Counted from the stretch's first letter, positions 9,300 to 19,229 are shown. The stretch: 62,505 nt of DNA from Candidatus Tayloriibacteriota bacterium (GCA_003151615.1 PLXZ01000005.1:1-62505), one strand, 5' to 3'. Numbers and translations: made by a program. The notes: generated by a model from the letters alone, not told the origin.

Positions 9300-11342
9300 A
9301 TGAAGCAGCAGACTATTACTGGAACGATCAAGACGACGGCCAAAGGTTTCGGTTTCATCGGTGATCCAGAAAACGAGGACAAAGACATCGTCGTCGAGGC
9401 GGGTTCTTTAAACGGAGCATTGAACGGCGACACGGTCGAAGTAACAATAACCGGCACCGGCAAAAATAAAAAAGGTGAAAAGGAAAAGCTCGGACAGGTT
9501 GTCCATGTTGCAACGCGGGCGAAAGAAAACTTCGTCGGAACAATCGATGCTGAGCAAGGCATGTTTTTCATCATTCCTGATGATAAAAAAATGTACACTG
9601 ACATTGTCATTTCCCCTGCCGAAGCCGAACGCATGGCAAAAGCCGGCACTCCCCTTCAAAAAGACCAAAAGGTTCAGGTCAAAATAAATTTCGCGGGCTG
9701 GGCAGATGTAAAGCGAAATCCATCCGGAACCGTTTTGCGAATTCTCGGCGCAAAAGGCAATAATAATGTGGAGATGGAATCGATTGTCCTGGAAAAAGGC
9801 TTTGAATCAAGCTTCCCCCGTCCTGTCGAAGAAGAAGCCGAAGAAATCGAACGCGTTGAAAAAATCATCACGCCGGAAGAAATCGCAAAGCGCCGCGACA
9901 TCCGCGCGACCGAAACTTTCACCATTGACCCGTTCGATGCGAAAGATTTCGACGATGCCATCTCTTTTAAAAAATTGGCGACGGATGCGGCTGGCAAAAT
10001 CCGCTACGAAATCGGCGTGCATATCGCCGACGTATCGCACTATGTCCGCGAAGGTTCAGCACTGGATAAGGAAGCGGTCAAACGTGGCTGTTCCATATAT
10101 CTCGTCGATCGTACTATCCCGATGTTGCCGGAAGTCTTGTCGAACGATGTTTGTAGCTTGAATCCGCACGAAGACAAATTGACGTTTTCGGCGATTTTCA
10201 TACTGGATGACAAAGCGCAGGTTATCGAACGCTGGTTCGGCCGCACCATCATGAATTCGACGCACCGCTTTACCTATGAAACGGCGCAAGCTTCAATTGA
10301 CGGCGATGCGAAACTGGTTGAAAAATATTCAAGTGGCACGCAGACGCCGGCTCTCGCCGAACCGGGCATGAAATATCGCGAACAATTGACGACTTTGAAT
10401 CGTCTGGCAAAAATTCTGCAGAAGGAAAAATTTGCCGCGGGTGCCATCGAATTCGAGCAGGAGGAAATCAAATTCAAGCTCGACCAGGAAGGCCGACCGA
10501 TCGGCGTATATAAAAAGGAACGTCTCGACACGCACAAACTGGTCGAGGAATTCATGCTTCTCGCCAACCGCGAAGTAGCAAAATTTATTTTTGACGACAT
10601 TAAAAGGAAAGGCCCGCGCGATACCGGCGCGATTTACCGCATTCACGAAGCTCCGGACAAAGACAAAATCGCCGATCTTGCGACATTTGCAAAGGCTCTC
10701 GGCTACAACCTGCGCGTAAAGGACGGCGTCGTTACCGCTCGTGATTTGAATCATTTGCTCGAAGAAGTTGAAGGCACCCCGCATGAATCTTTGATTCGAA
10801 CCGCAGCCGTACGTTCAATGCAAAAAGCCATTTATTCGACAAAAAATATCGGGCATTTCGGCCTGGCCTTCGATTTTTACACCCACTTCACTTCCCCGAT
10901 TCGCCGCTATCCCGACCTTCTGGTACATCGCGTTTTGGCGAAACATTTAAACGGCGAACCTTTTGGCGACCGCGACATTGTCGTGTTCCAAAGCATTGCC
11001 GAATCCTCGACCCGCCGCGAAATCGACGCATCCGACGCTGAACGTTCGAGTAAGAAACTGAAGCAAGTCGAATACATGAGCTCGCGTATCGGTCAAACTT
11101 TTGCCGGCACTATTTCAGGCGTGACCGAATGGGGCATCTATGTCGAGGAAAACGAATCCCGCTCGGAAGGCATGATAAAACTGCGTGACCTCGGCAATGA
11201 CTTCTACGAATTCAATTCGAAAACATATTCGATCACCGGCAAACAGAGCGGTGCGAAATTCACCCTCGGCGATGCGATTAAATTCAAAGTCGTCGGCGCG
11301 GATTTGGATAAGAAAATTCTGGATTACGCGTTGGTGAAATAA
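9300..11342 (+). CDS. rnr: ribonuclease R (RNase II/R family)
   Basis: RNB core: FTIDPFDAKDFDDAISF, CSIYLVDRTIPMLPE, HFGLAFDFYTHFTSPIRRYPDLLVHR. C-terminal S1 domain: GTISGVTEWGIYVE. Confidence 0.9.
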   Translation: MKQQTITGTIKTTAKGFGFIGDPENEDKDIVVEAGSLNGALNGDTVEVTITGTGKNKKGEKEKLGQVVHVATRAKENFVGTIDAEQGMFFIIPDDKKMYTDIVISPAEAERMAKAGTPLQKDQKVQVKINFAGWADVKRNPSGTVLRILGAKGNNNVEMESIVLEKGFESSFPRPVEEEAEEIERVEKIITPEEIAKRRDIRATETFTIDPFDAKDFDDAISFKKLATDAAGKIRYEIGVHIADVSHYVREGSALDKEAVKRGCSIYLVDRTIPMLPEVLSNDVCSLNPHEDKLTFSAIFILDDKAQVIERWFGRTIMNSTHRFTYETAQASIDGDAKLVEKYSSGTQTPALAEPGMKYREQLTTLNRLAKILQKEKFAAGAIEFEQEEIKFKLDQEGRPIGVYKKERLDTHKLVEEFMLLANREVAKFIFDDIKRKGPRDTGAIYRIHEAPDKDKIADLATFAKALGYNLRVKDGVVTARDLNHLLEEVEGTPHESLIRTAAVRSMQKAIYSTKNIGHFGLAFDFYTHFTSPIRRYPDLLVHRVLAKHLNGEPFGDRDIVVFQSIAESSTRREIDASDAERSSKKLKQVEYMSSRIGQTFAGTISGVTEWGIYVEENESRSEGMIKLRDLGNDFYEFNSKTYSITGKQSGAKFTLGDAIKFKVVGADLDKKILDYALVK

Positions 11343-11368
11343 GTGGCATTTTTTGCTATACTTTTCGC

Positions 11369-11815
11369 ATGAAAATTGGCTTTGATTTTGTCGGAATAAC
11401 GACTGCTTTTTATTGCCACGACGGAAACGGCAATATTCTGATGCATAAACGAACGACACAATGCCGCGACGAGCATGGCCGCTGGGACACCGGTTCGGGA
11501 AAGCTCGAATTTAATCTTTCGCTCGAAGAAAACGTTTTGCAGGAAGTTCTCGAAGAATACGGCTGCAAGGGCGTCATCGAAGGCCAACTGCCGGCCCATG
11601 ATATTTTCCGCGAACAGGAAGGCGTCAAAACGCACTGGATTGCTGTGCCATTTTTTATAAAAGTAAATCCGGCCGAAGTAAAAAATGGCGAACCGCATAA
11701 AATTGACGAGTTGACGTGGTTTCCGATTGATAAATTACCGAAACCTTTGCATACGGGATTTGAATACACGTTTAATCGATATAAAAAAGATTTTTTGAAA
11801 TATTTTAGGAAATAA
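11369..11815 (+). CDS. NUDIX hydrolase
   Basis: Nudix-box-like GSGKLEF..EENVLQEVLEEYGC in a 148-aa protein. Confidence 0.7.
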   Translation: MKIGFDFVGITTAFYCHDGNGNILMHKRTTQCRDEHGRWDTGSGKLEFNLSLEENVLQEVLEEYGCKGVIEGQLPAHDIFREQEGVKTHWIAVPFFIKVNPAEVKNGEPHKIDELTWFPIDKLPKPLHTGFEYTFNRYKKDFLKYFRK

Positions 11816-11865
11816 AAAAACGCCGTACCCGAAGGTCGTGCGTTGTTCTCTCATTTTTGATTCGC

Positions 11866-12276
11866 TTAATTTTTGATGCCTCCCGCAACTGGGCTACACA
11901 TAATACAGAATAATCCTGCAAGGAAAGTTAGGGGTGCACTAAAAAATAAACAGCCGATATACCAATCAAATATCCATCTGCGAACTGTCACATCAACACT
12001 GCAACCGCCATCTTCACCAGGAACTTCCCCGCTAATACGACCGTTCCCACGAAATACTTGGGCTCTCCAAGACGCATTTGCAGTTAGAAGTATTAGATTT
12101 GGAATAAGCACAGCTAGGAACTTTGCGACAACGTTGCAATCCAACAATGTCATGACGACAATCGCGACCAAAGCCGAAGTTGCATATGCGGCCATACTGG
12201 CAACGATCGCAAGTGTTTTGGCCGACCACTGGGTCTTTAATTTAAATTTCTCCTCAGACCACGTCATTTTTTTCAT
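11866..12276 (-). CDS. hypothetical membrane protein
   Basis: 136-aa ORF with several hydrophobic segments and no domain I recognise. Confidence 0.4.
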   Translation of the reverse strand: MKKMTWSEEKFKLKTQWSAKTLAIVASMAAYATSALVAIVVMTLLDCNVVAKFLAVLIPNLILLTANASWRAQVFRGNGRISGEVPGEDGGCSVDVTVRRWIFDWYIGCLFFSAPLTFLAGLFCIMCSPVAGGIKN

Positions 12277-12419
12277 TTTGTCTTCCTTTCTCTTTCAAAA
12301 AACTATTGTTAAACAAAGGACATCAGGTCACGAGATACTGACGTTTTGTTTTTGTTACATGAAATAATATATCAAAAATACTAATACCTGTCAAGTAAAC
12401 TAATGCGAGGCTTAAATTC

Positions 12420-14711
12420 CTATTTCGCCACTGCAACCGCCTCGTCAAAGGCAATGGAGAGAAGTTTGGAAGCGCCGTCGGAACCCATGGTAACGCCGTA
12501 CAAAACGCCGGCGCGGGACATGGTTTCGCGGTTGTGGGTTATCAAAATGAGCTGCGAATACTGCGACAAACTGGTGATCATGTCGCCGTATTTTCGCGAA
12601 TTGGCTTCGTCAAGCGCTGCATCGGTTTCGTCGAGAATGATAAACGGCGGCGGGTTGACCTGGGAAATTGCAAACAAAAGTGCAATCGAAGTCAGCGCAC
12701 GTTCGCCGCCGGAAAGCATCATCAGGCCCTTCACTTTTTTGCGAGGCAAATTGACATGGATGTCGATTCCCTCTTCACCCTCCTCCTCTTCTTCCATATT
12801 TTCGGACGCTTCTTCATTCATGGCTTCGTCACTTAAATCAAGGTCGGTATCCGGCCGGCGCTTGCGCTTTTTTTCGCGGACGACTTCGAGGGACGCGTTT
12901 CCACCACCGAACATCAGCGAGAAGAAATTCTGGAACTGCGCGTTTATTTTCGAAATGCCGTTCTTAAATTCAACATCAAGACGATTCACCAGATCATTGA
13001 TGAGCTGGACAAGCGATTCCTTTGATTTTTCAAGATCGGCCAATTCGCGTGCCAAAAATACGTCACGTTCTTCGGCTTCCTTGTATTCCTTCATGACGTC
13101 AGCACCGTTGCCTGCACCGGAATCTTCGATGCGGATTTTTATTTTTTCAATTTGACGACGACGATCTTCCTGTTCGTGGCGGGCCGTGGAAACCGCAGCG
13201 GAGTCTGCGACAGAAACCGTCGCGCCAAATTCAATTTTCTCATAATCGATCGCCTCGCGACCAACCAAAATACGCGCATCTTCAATGTCGCGCTTGAACG
13301 ATTCTTCGGCGAGAACGAGCCGGTCTTCGCCATTTTTAATGCCGGCCAACACGCCACGCAATTCATTTTGGCGCGCAATGATTTTAAAGACGTTTTTTTC
13401 GGCTTCGCGGTTTGTATCTTTTTCGAGCTCGATTTTTTGGCGCAAAGCGGTATATTCTTCGTTTGTCGAAGCTTCTTTTTCGGACGCTTTTTTCAAATCA
13501 GCTTCGAGAGCGGCCTTTTTCGCCGACAAATCGCGGCTGTCTTTTTCAAAATCGGCGATGGCGCTCGCTGAATCGGCCGAACCACCACCAGCACGGTGCG
13601 TCGCCACAAATTCCTTTAAAAGTTTTCGGATATCGTCAAGAGAATCAATTTCGAAAACACGTTTGACGATTGCTTCGACGTCGCGCAGATAAATAGTTTT
13701 CGAATCGTCGCGAGACTGTTTTTCGCGCTCTTTTGTTATGGCGCGCGAAACCGCTGAAATTTCACCTTCGATTTTGCCAAGCTCGCGAACCACACCGTCT
13801 TTTTCGCCGCGCGCCGTTTGCAAAGCCTGTTCAAGAGCGATAACTTCCCTGCTTGCCGCATCGGCATTTTTCGACTGCGACAAAATAGTTTTGGCATGCG
13901 TCAAATCAGCGTCAAGTTTCGCCAACTCCGTCGCGGGTGCAGCTTTCTCGCCAGCCAGCCGCGCTTTCTCATACTTTATATATGCCTCCTCGCGCGACAA
14001 ATAGTCTCGGTACAATGTTTTGAGCGACCCGCGCATTTCCTCGACTTTTTCCACTTTCTCGACCTGCTTTTTCAAAAATTTCAAATGCGGAGCGATTTCG
14101 CGACGGAGGGATTCAACCGATTTCATATTTTCCTCTGTTTTCGCAAGCTTGCGTTCGCTTTCCGCTTTTTTGTATTGATAGATTTTCAACCCGAGGGCGT
14201 CCTCGATCATCTCGCGTCGCTCGCGGATATTCGCGTTCAAAATGCGGTCGGCTTCGCCCTGGGAAATAATGTGATGGCCCGATGCGCCAATGTGCGCGCC
14301 TGACAGCAATTCGGCGATATCCTTCAAACGCACAAGTGAGCCATTTATGAAATACTCATTTGAGCTGTCGCGATGAACCACGCGTTCAATCACAACTTCG
14401 TCGAAATCGATGTTGAGCATGCGCTTCGAATTGTCGAAAACGGCCTTAACGCCGGCGAGATTCGGCCGCGATCCGCCACCGCTTCCGCCCGGCCCCGTAC
14501 CTGCACCGCCGTTGAAAATGAGGTCCTCGCCGCGCTTGCCGCGCAATGATTTTATCGATTGCTCTCCCAATACAAACCGAAAAGCCTCGGCCACGTTTGA
14601 TTTGCCCGAACCATTCGGCCCGACCACACCCGTAATCGGCGTATTAAAAGAAAGCGCCGCCTTTTTGGCGAACGATTTGAAGCCGGTAATCTCCAGGGAC
14701 TTGAGATGCAT
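12420..14711 (-). CDS. smc: SMC-family chromosome partition ATPase, unusually short (763 aa)
   Basis: N-terminal head ITGVVGPNGSGKSNVAEAFRFVLGEQSIKSLRG. C-terminal signature and Walker B LSGGERALTSIALLFAI..PFIILDETDAALDEAN. The middle is heptad-rich. Confidence 0.85.
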   Translation of the reverse strand: MHLKSLEITGFKSFAKKAALSFNTPITGVVGPNGSGKSNVAEAFRFVLGEQSIKSLRGKRGEDLIFNGGAGTGPGGSGGGSRPNLAGVKAVFDNSKRMLNIDFDEVVIERVVHRDSSNEYFINGSLVRLKDIAELLSGAHIGASGHHIISQGEADRILNANIRERREMIEDALGLKIYQYKKAESERKLAKTEENMKSVESLRREIAPHLKFLKKQVEKVEKVEEMRGSLKTLYRDYLSREEAYIKYEKARLAGEKAAPATELAKLDADLTHAKTILSQSKNADAASREVIALEQALQTARGEKDGVVRELGKIEGEISAVSRAITKEREKQSRDDSKTIYLRDVEAIVKRVFEIDSLDDIRKLLKEFVATHRAGGGSADSASAIADFEKDSRDLSAKKAALEADLKKASEKEASTNEEYTALRQKIELEKDTNREAEKNVFKIIARQNELRGVLAGIKNGEDRLVLAEESFKRDIEDARILVGREAIDYEKIEFGATVSVADSAAVSTARHEQEDRRRQIEKIKIRIEDSGAGNGADVMKEYKEAEERDVFLARELADLEKSKESLVQLINDLVNRLDVEFKNGISKINAQFQNFFSLMFGGGNASLEVVREKKRKRRPDTDLDLSDEAMNEEASENMEEEEEGEEGIDIHVNLPRKKVKGLMMLSGGERALTSIALLFAISQVNPPPFIILDETDAALDEANSRKYGDMITSLSQYSQLILITHNRETMSRAGVLYGVTMGSDGASKLLSIAFDEAVAVAK

Positions 14712-14717
14712 GGCTCT

Positions 14718-14726
14718 ATTGTAACA
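14718..14726 (-). promoter_or_regulatory. extended -10 promoter of smc (leaderless arrangement)
   Basis: Minus strand: TGTTACAAT, then 6 nt, then ATG 14711. Confidence 0.55.
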
Positions 14727-14840
14727 TGCGCAAACTAAACAAAACCAGTTATGAAGAAGTGATAAAAAGTTCTAAAGAAATAATAAAGTTTTTGTGAAAA
14801 ATATGCTTGCATTTTTTTTCGGGCATGAGAACATATACAC

Positions 14841-15056
14841 ATGAACGCAACTCTGCCACAACCAAAAAAGAAAATGACAATCGACGACCTCGCCGCCATG
14901 TTGAAACGGCAATTTGATTTTGTGGACAAAAGATTTGACGCAATCGATGAAAGATTTGCCCGACTAGAATTACGTTTTGAAAAAATCGATGAGATTGTAT
15001 TACAAGATCATCGACCACGCATCTATGCATTGGAAAAAGAAGCCGGCTTTTGGTAG
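14841..15056 (+). CDS. hypothetical small coiled-coil protein
   Basis: 71-aa ORF (RFDAIDERFARLELRFEKIDE) in an otherwise empty gap between smc and rnc. No homology recognised. Confidence 0.3.
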   Translation: MNATLPQPKKKMTIDDLAAMLKRQFDFVDKRFDAIDERFARLELRFEKIDEIVLQDHRPRIYALEKEAGFW

Positions 15057-15057
15057 G

Positions 15058-15765
15058 TTACCACCCTTTCGCCTCTAATGCCTTCTCGGCGGCCTTCTGT
15101 TCGGCCTCCTGTTTTGACGGGCCGGAACCGGTGGCAATCTGGACGGAACCGAGAAAAATGCCGAGAGTAAACTGTTTGTCGTGGTCGGGGCCCGATTCCT
15201 TGAGCGTTTTGTAGGAAGGCGTCTGCCCTGTCATTTCCTGGGCTTTTTCTTGGAAGCGGCTTTTGGCGTCGAGCCATAATTTTTTGCTGACGATTTCATC
15301 GATGTCGATGACTTCGAGCAAATGCCGCGAAACAAAATTCGCAGCCGCTGAATATCCCTGATCGACATAGACTGCGCCGATGATTGCCTCGACGGTATCG
15401 GCCCAAATAATAGAACGCGCGCGGCCCTTGTCCTTCTCCTCGCCTTTCGACAGAAGCAAATAGTCGTTAATGCCGAGCGTTTCGGCGATGCGCACCAGAG
15501 AAACCGTGTTTACGAGAGCGGCGCGGTACGAAGTCATGTCGCCTTCATTTTTATTCGGATATTTTTTAAAGAGAAAATAGGTAACAACCAATTCCAAAAC
15601 CGCGTCTCCCAAAAATTCGAGGCGCTCATTATGTTCCAAACCCGCGCCCTTATTTTCATTCAAATATGAGCGGTGTGTAAATGCTGTTTTCAGCACATTA
15701 ATGTCGTCGAACCGGACGCCGATATGTTTGGCAAAAGTCTCAAATTGTGGAAGTTTTTTCGGCAT
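15058..15765 (-). CDS. rnc: ribonuclease III
   Basis: RNase III signature ERLEFLGDAVLELVVT. C-terminal dsRBD: GPDHDKQFTLGIF..GSGPSKQEAEQKAAEKAL. Confidence 0.93.
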   Translation of the reverse strand: MPKKLPQFETFAKHIGVRFDDINVLKTAFTHRSYLNENKGAGLEHNERLEFLGDAVLELVVTYFLFKKYPNKNEGDMTSYRAALVNTVSLVRIAETLGINDYLLLSKGEEKDKGRARSIIWADTVEAIIGAVYVDQGYSAAANFVSRHLLEVIDIDEIVSKKLWLDAKSRFQEKAQEMTGQTPSYKTLKESGPDHDKQFTLGIFLGSVQIATGSGPSKQEAEQKAAEKALEAKGW

Positions 15766-15782
15766 TTTTTGTTATGCTCCGG

Positions 15783-16742
15783 CTATTTTGCAGTAACCGC
15801 ATCCTTCGCGGCCAAAATCTGGATGGCTTTGGTCACGATCGGCAAAATGTCATTATAAAAATTCAAATCAAGAATGTCGGCGAGTTTGAACCATTTTCCG
15901 TCGTCGAGGCCGGGTTTTTTCGCCAACTTAATTTCGTCAAAAGCAGACTCAGCCAAAAAGTAGTGCACTTGTTTTCGGAGTTTGCCTTTTTCCGGATCGC
16001 TGGCGATGTATTCATTATTTCCGAGATCCTCGATGATTTTCACGTCGAGCCCCATTTCTTCCTTTACCTTTGCGACGGTGCCCTCGCGAACATCAATACC
16101 TTCAGGAATTTTTCCCTTAGAAAGAGTCCAATGCCCGAAAATATCGTGGACAAAGCCGAGATAGATTTCGCCGGTTTTGGCGCCTTTCTCGCGCGCGAAA
16201 ACCACCGCTCCGCCCAGATTCTGAATCGGCATCTGGTCATATGGAACGTCCTCGATATGTACACGCTTCTTTTTCGGAGCGGTTTCATCCTTGCCCGGCT
16301 CGCCCAATTCCTTGTAAACCGAACCCAAAACGCCGTTGACGAATTTGCCGCTGTTTTCGCCGCCGAATGTTTTCGCCAATTCTATGGCTTCATTGATGGC
16401 TACTTTTGCTGGCACTTCTTTTCTATCGGAAAAAATGAGCTCAAACAAACCGAGACGCAAAATATTGCGGTCAACAATTGAAATCTTGTCGATCGGCCAG
16501 TCCGGAGCGGCTTTTGCGATGATCAAATCGAGCTCTTTCTGCTTCGCCAAAATATTGCCCATGAGCTCCTCCATAAACGACAAATCCCCCATTCCGGGAG
16601 CGAATTCCTTTGCATTGCGGTCGATGATGACCTTCGGGTCGGCGTTTTTTGCAACGTTTGAGACACCGGCTTTTCCGCCGCGAAAATCCCATTCGAAGAG
16701 AGACTGCACGACGACTGATCTTGAAAGGTGTCTATTTGCCAT
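15783..16742 (-). CDS. nusB: NusB antitermination factor fused to a C-terminal Nudix-like domain
   Basis: Residues 1-150 are NusB (SLFEWDF, AINEAIELAKTFGGENSGKFVNGVLG). Residues ~170-319 have a Nudix-fold pattern with a degenerate box, GHWTLSKGKIPEGIDVREGTVAKVKEEMGL. Confidence 0.8.
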   Translation of the reverse strand: MANRHLSRSVVVQSLFEWDFRGGKAGVSNVAKNADPKVIIDRNAKEFAPGMGDLSFMEELMGNILAKQKELDLIIAKAAPDWPIDKISIVDRNILRLGLFELIFSDRKEVPAKVAINEAIELAKTFGGENSGKFVNGVLGSVYKELGEPGKDETAPKKKRVHIEDVPYDQMPIQNLGGAVVFAREKGAKTGEIYLGFVHDIFGHWTLSKGKIPEGIDVREGTVAKVKEEMGLDVKIIEDLGNNEYIASDPEKGKLRKQVHYFLAESAFDEIKLAKKPGLDDGKWFKLADILDLNFYNDILPIVTKAIQILAAKDAVTAK

Positions 16743-16809
16743 GTATTTGTTTTTCTAAAAAGAGCTTGCGATTTTTCCTTATTTTCCTGAAATTCTGCCG
16801 GACTTTTTG

Positions 16810-17007
16810 CTATTTTGTTTCCGGAGTAACTTCTGTCTTAATATTAATGACCTTCTTGCCGCGATACATACCGGTCACGAGATCGGCGCGATGCCGCTGG
16901 TGGACTGCACCTGTTTTCGTATCAGTAGTAAGGCGCGTCGCATCAAGCGCGTGATGCGATCGGCGGTTGTCCCGGTGAGCCCGGGTTGCTCTCATTCGAT
17001 TTACCAT
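16810..17007 (-). CDS. rpmF: 50S ribosomal protein L32
   Basis: MVNRMRATRAHRDNRRSHHAL from ATG 17007. The track ORF starts 72 nt further upstream. Confidence 0.85.
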   Translation of the reverse strand: MVNRMRATRAHRDNRRSHHALDATRLTTDTKTGAVHQRHRADLVTGMYRGKKVINIKTEVTPETK

Positions 17008-17078
17008 AGTCAAAACATAATAACCCAAAGGCCGGTTTTTTGCAAGAACCCCTAATGTACGCCACAATTTATACGTCA

Positions 17079-19229
17079 CTAATGTCCAAGATTATACAAA
17101 CCCGCAATCTCGGCCGCCGACAGGGTGCGGTTGTAGATGCGGACGTCGTCTATGGAACCTTGGAAGTAATTATTGCCATCATGTTGATTTCTTGCAATGC
17201 CGATATAAGTTCCACCAGCAACAGACACATTTGGAGTGGAAGAACCAGCAAATCGTCCATCGACATACAGCGACTCGTTGGTGTTTCCGACGAATGTGAT
17301 AACAGCATTGTGCCATTTTCCATCATTATATATACTAGCCGTGAAAAAACTGGGTGCACTGCTTCCATTCCAACAATCCGCCCCAACCGAACCATTATTT
17401 ACAGCTAAATCAACATTGGCATTATTTGCCGAGTTTTGAAGGGAAAAAGCAACGCTATTAGCGGTAGATTTTGTCTTGAACCATTCTGAAATAGTCGCCG
17501 AAGAATATGTAAGGGAAGAATTGACGACAACATACTGACTCGTCCCATTGAAACTCAATGCCTGGCCGATCTTGCCTTGCGTGGGCGACGTCGTCTGACT
17601 CATATTAGTGAGCGTGCCTGTATTGCCGTTGCCGCTCTTGTCGATAGCCGTCGCGGCTGTAGCGCTGGTCCAAGGAGTCTCCTTGCCATCGAACGTCCAA
17701 TATCCGGCGAGGCCGCTTCCAAGGCTTGAGCCGTTTTGGAGGGATGTGGCAGGGGCGTTGACATGCGTGCCGGCGCTCAAATTGTAAAGCTGTTTTACTT
17801 CGCTCGCCGACAAGGCGCGGTTGTAGATGCGGACATCGTCCAGAGAACCGTTGAGATCCGAATTGCTATCGCGGTAATTGTAGCCGGCGATCCAGTCGGC
17901 CGTGCCATAGGTGATATTGAGCGATGCGGTTTTCGTGCCATCGGCCGCGCCATCCAGATAATATGTTCCCGCGGTGCCGCTCTTAGTGAAGCACACATCA
18001 TGCCATTTTCCATCATTGACCGAGGTGTTGCTTGATCCACTGGCATTGGTAAATCCAAATGATGAGCCGTTGTAATCCCAAAACAACTGTTTGTTCCCCG
18101 TTATCACATATATGCCTTCATTTGTGACATTTGAAGGATTACGGTTGATGTTCATGATGTACTGGTCGCCTGTGGCCGAAGTATTGACCCACGAACAGAT
18201 AGTCATGTTTGAAGACGGTGGATTGGAAAATGTCGCCGTACGCACATAACTGTTGCTCCCATTAAACTTTAACGCCTGGCCAATCTTGCCGGGGACAGGC
18301 GAGGTACTCTGACTCATATTAGTGAGCGTGCCGGTATTGCCGTTGCCGCTCTTGTCTATGGCGGTGGCGGCGGTGGCTGATGTCCATGGGGTATCCTTGC
18401 CGTCGAACGTCCAATATCCGACGAGGCCGGAAGAAAGCGACGATCCGTTCTGGAGAGACGTGCCCGGAGCGTTCGTGAACGCGGTGCCTTGTTTGTAGAG
18501 ATTGGTGATCTCGGTCGCGGAGAGGGCGCGGCTGTAGACGCGGAAATCATCAATCGACCCAGTAAAAAAAGTAGGTTGATTTCTATGACCGATTTGAAGC
18601 GTATCCGCAGTATCGGATGTAAATGTCCCTCCGACGGTATTGTTAGATAATACTCCATCGGTGTAAATTGTGCATGTGCTGTTAGCAACAGTGGTGCTTG
18701 TTGAGGCCACCGCCGTCAAAAGATGCCAATTACCATCATCCACAAGTTTAGCAGTCTGGCATGTCATTGAACTTGGCTTTCCCAAAAACTGCCAACCAGA
18801 TGCTCCCGTAGTCTGTATTTCCCATCCCGCCTGACAGCCTCCTGCAGAACACCCGCCCTTGCTAGCGACTTGAATAGTGCCGGTATTCGTCGTCTTTACC
18901 CAGACGGAAACGGTGAACTTGGCATTTGAATATATGTCAGTCGTCCAGTTTGTATCGACCCATTGTGTTGACCCATTGAAGTTGAGAGCCTGCCCAATTT
19001 TTCCAAAAACCGACGACGGAGAGCTCACAAGCGTGCCGTTGTGTCGATTCCCACTTGAGTCGTGCGCCACGGTTCCCGTCGCTTCGTTGAGAGTCCACCA
19101 ACCGGCAAGGCCATTTTGCGACACCTGATTGTCGGTGGTGGCGGCAAAAGCGGAGGAAGCGCACGCCATATACGCGCAGAAACAGATGATCATCGATGCC
19201 GTTATTTTTATTTGACTGAAATTTTTCAT
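17079..19229 (-). CDS. secreted protein with three LamG / concanavalin-A-like lectin modules
   Basis: Signal peptide, then three repeats of the pattern GL.G(W/Y)WT(L/F)..NGTL..GKIGQAL.FNG..IDD.R.Y.RALSA.E...LY. Confidence 0.75.
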   Translation of the reverse strand: MKNFSQIKITASMIICFCAYMACASSAFAATTDNQVSQNGLAGWWTLNEATGTVAHDSSGNRHNGTLVSSPSSVFGKIGQALNFNGSTQWVDTNWTTDIYSNAKFTVSVWVKTTNTGTIQVASKGGCSAGGCQAGWEIQTTGASGWQFLGKPSSMTCQTAKLVDDGNWHLLTAVASTSTTVANSTCTIYTDGVLSNNTVGGTFTSDTADTLQIGHRNQPTFFTGSIDDFRVYSRALSATEITNLYKQGTAFTNAPGTSLQNGSSLSSGLVGYWTFDGKDTPWTSATAATAIDKSGNGNTGTLTNMSQSTSPVPGKIGQALKFNGSNSYVRTATFSNPPSSNMTICSWVNTSATGDQYIMNINRNPSNVTNEGIYVITGNKQLFWDYNGSSFGFTNASGSSNTSVNDGKWHDVCFTKSGTAGTYYLDGAADGTKTASLNITYGTADWIAGYNYRDSNSDLNGSLDDVRIYNRALSASEVKQLYNLSAGTHVNAPATSLQNGSSLGSGLAGYWTFDGKETPWTSATAATAIDKSGNGNTGTLTNMSQTTSPTQGKIGQALSFNGTSQYVVVNSSLTYSSATISEWFKTKSTANSVAFSLQNSANNANVDLAVNNGSVGADCWNGSSAPSFFTASIYNDGKWHNAVITFVGNTNESLYVDGRFAGSSTPNVSVAGGTYIGIARNQHDGNNYFQGSIDDVRIYNRTLSAAEIAGLYNLGH

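Noticed and set aside
12403-16481. Plus-strand ORFs of 135-250 aa opposite smc, rnc and nusB (12403-13155, 13152-13571, 13818-14303, 15747-16481).
   Set aside because: Ser/Arg/Phe-rich reverse-frame translations of coiled-coil-coding DNA. The opposite-strand genes are secure.
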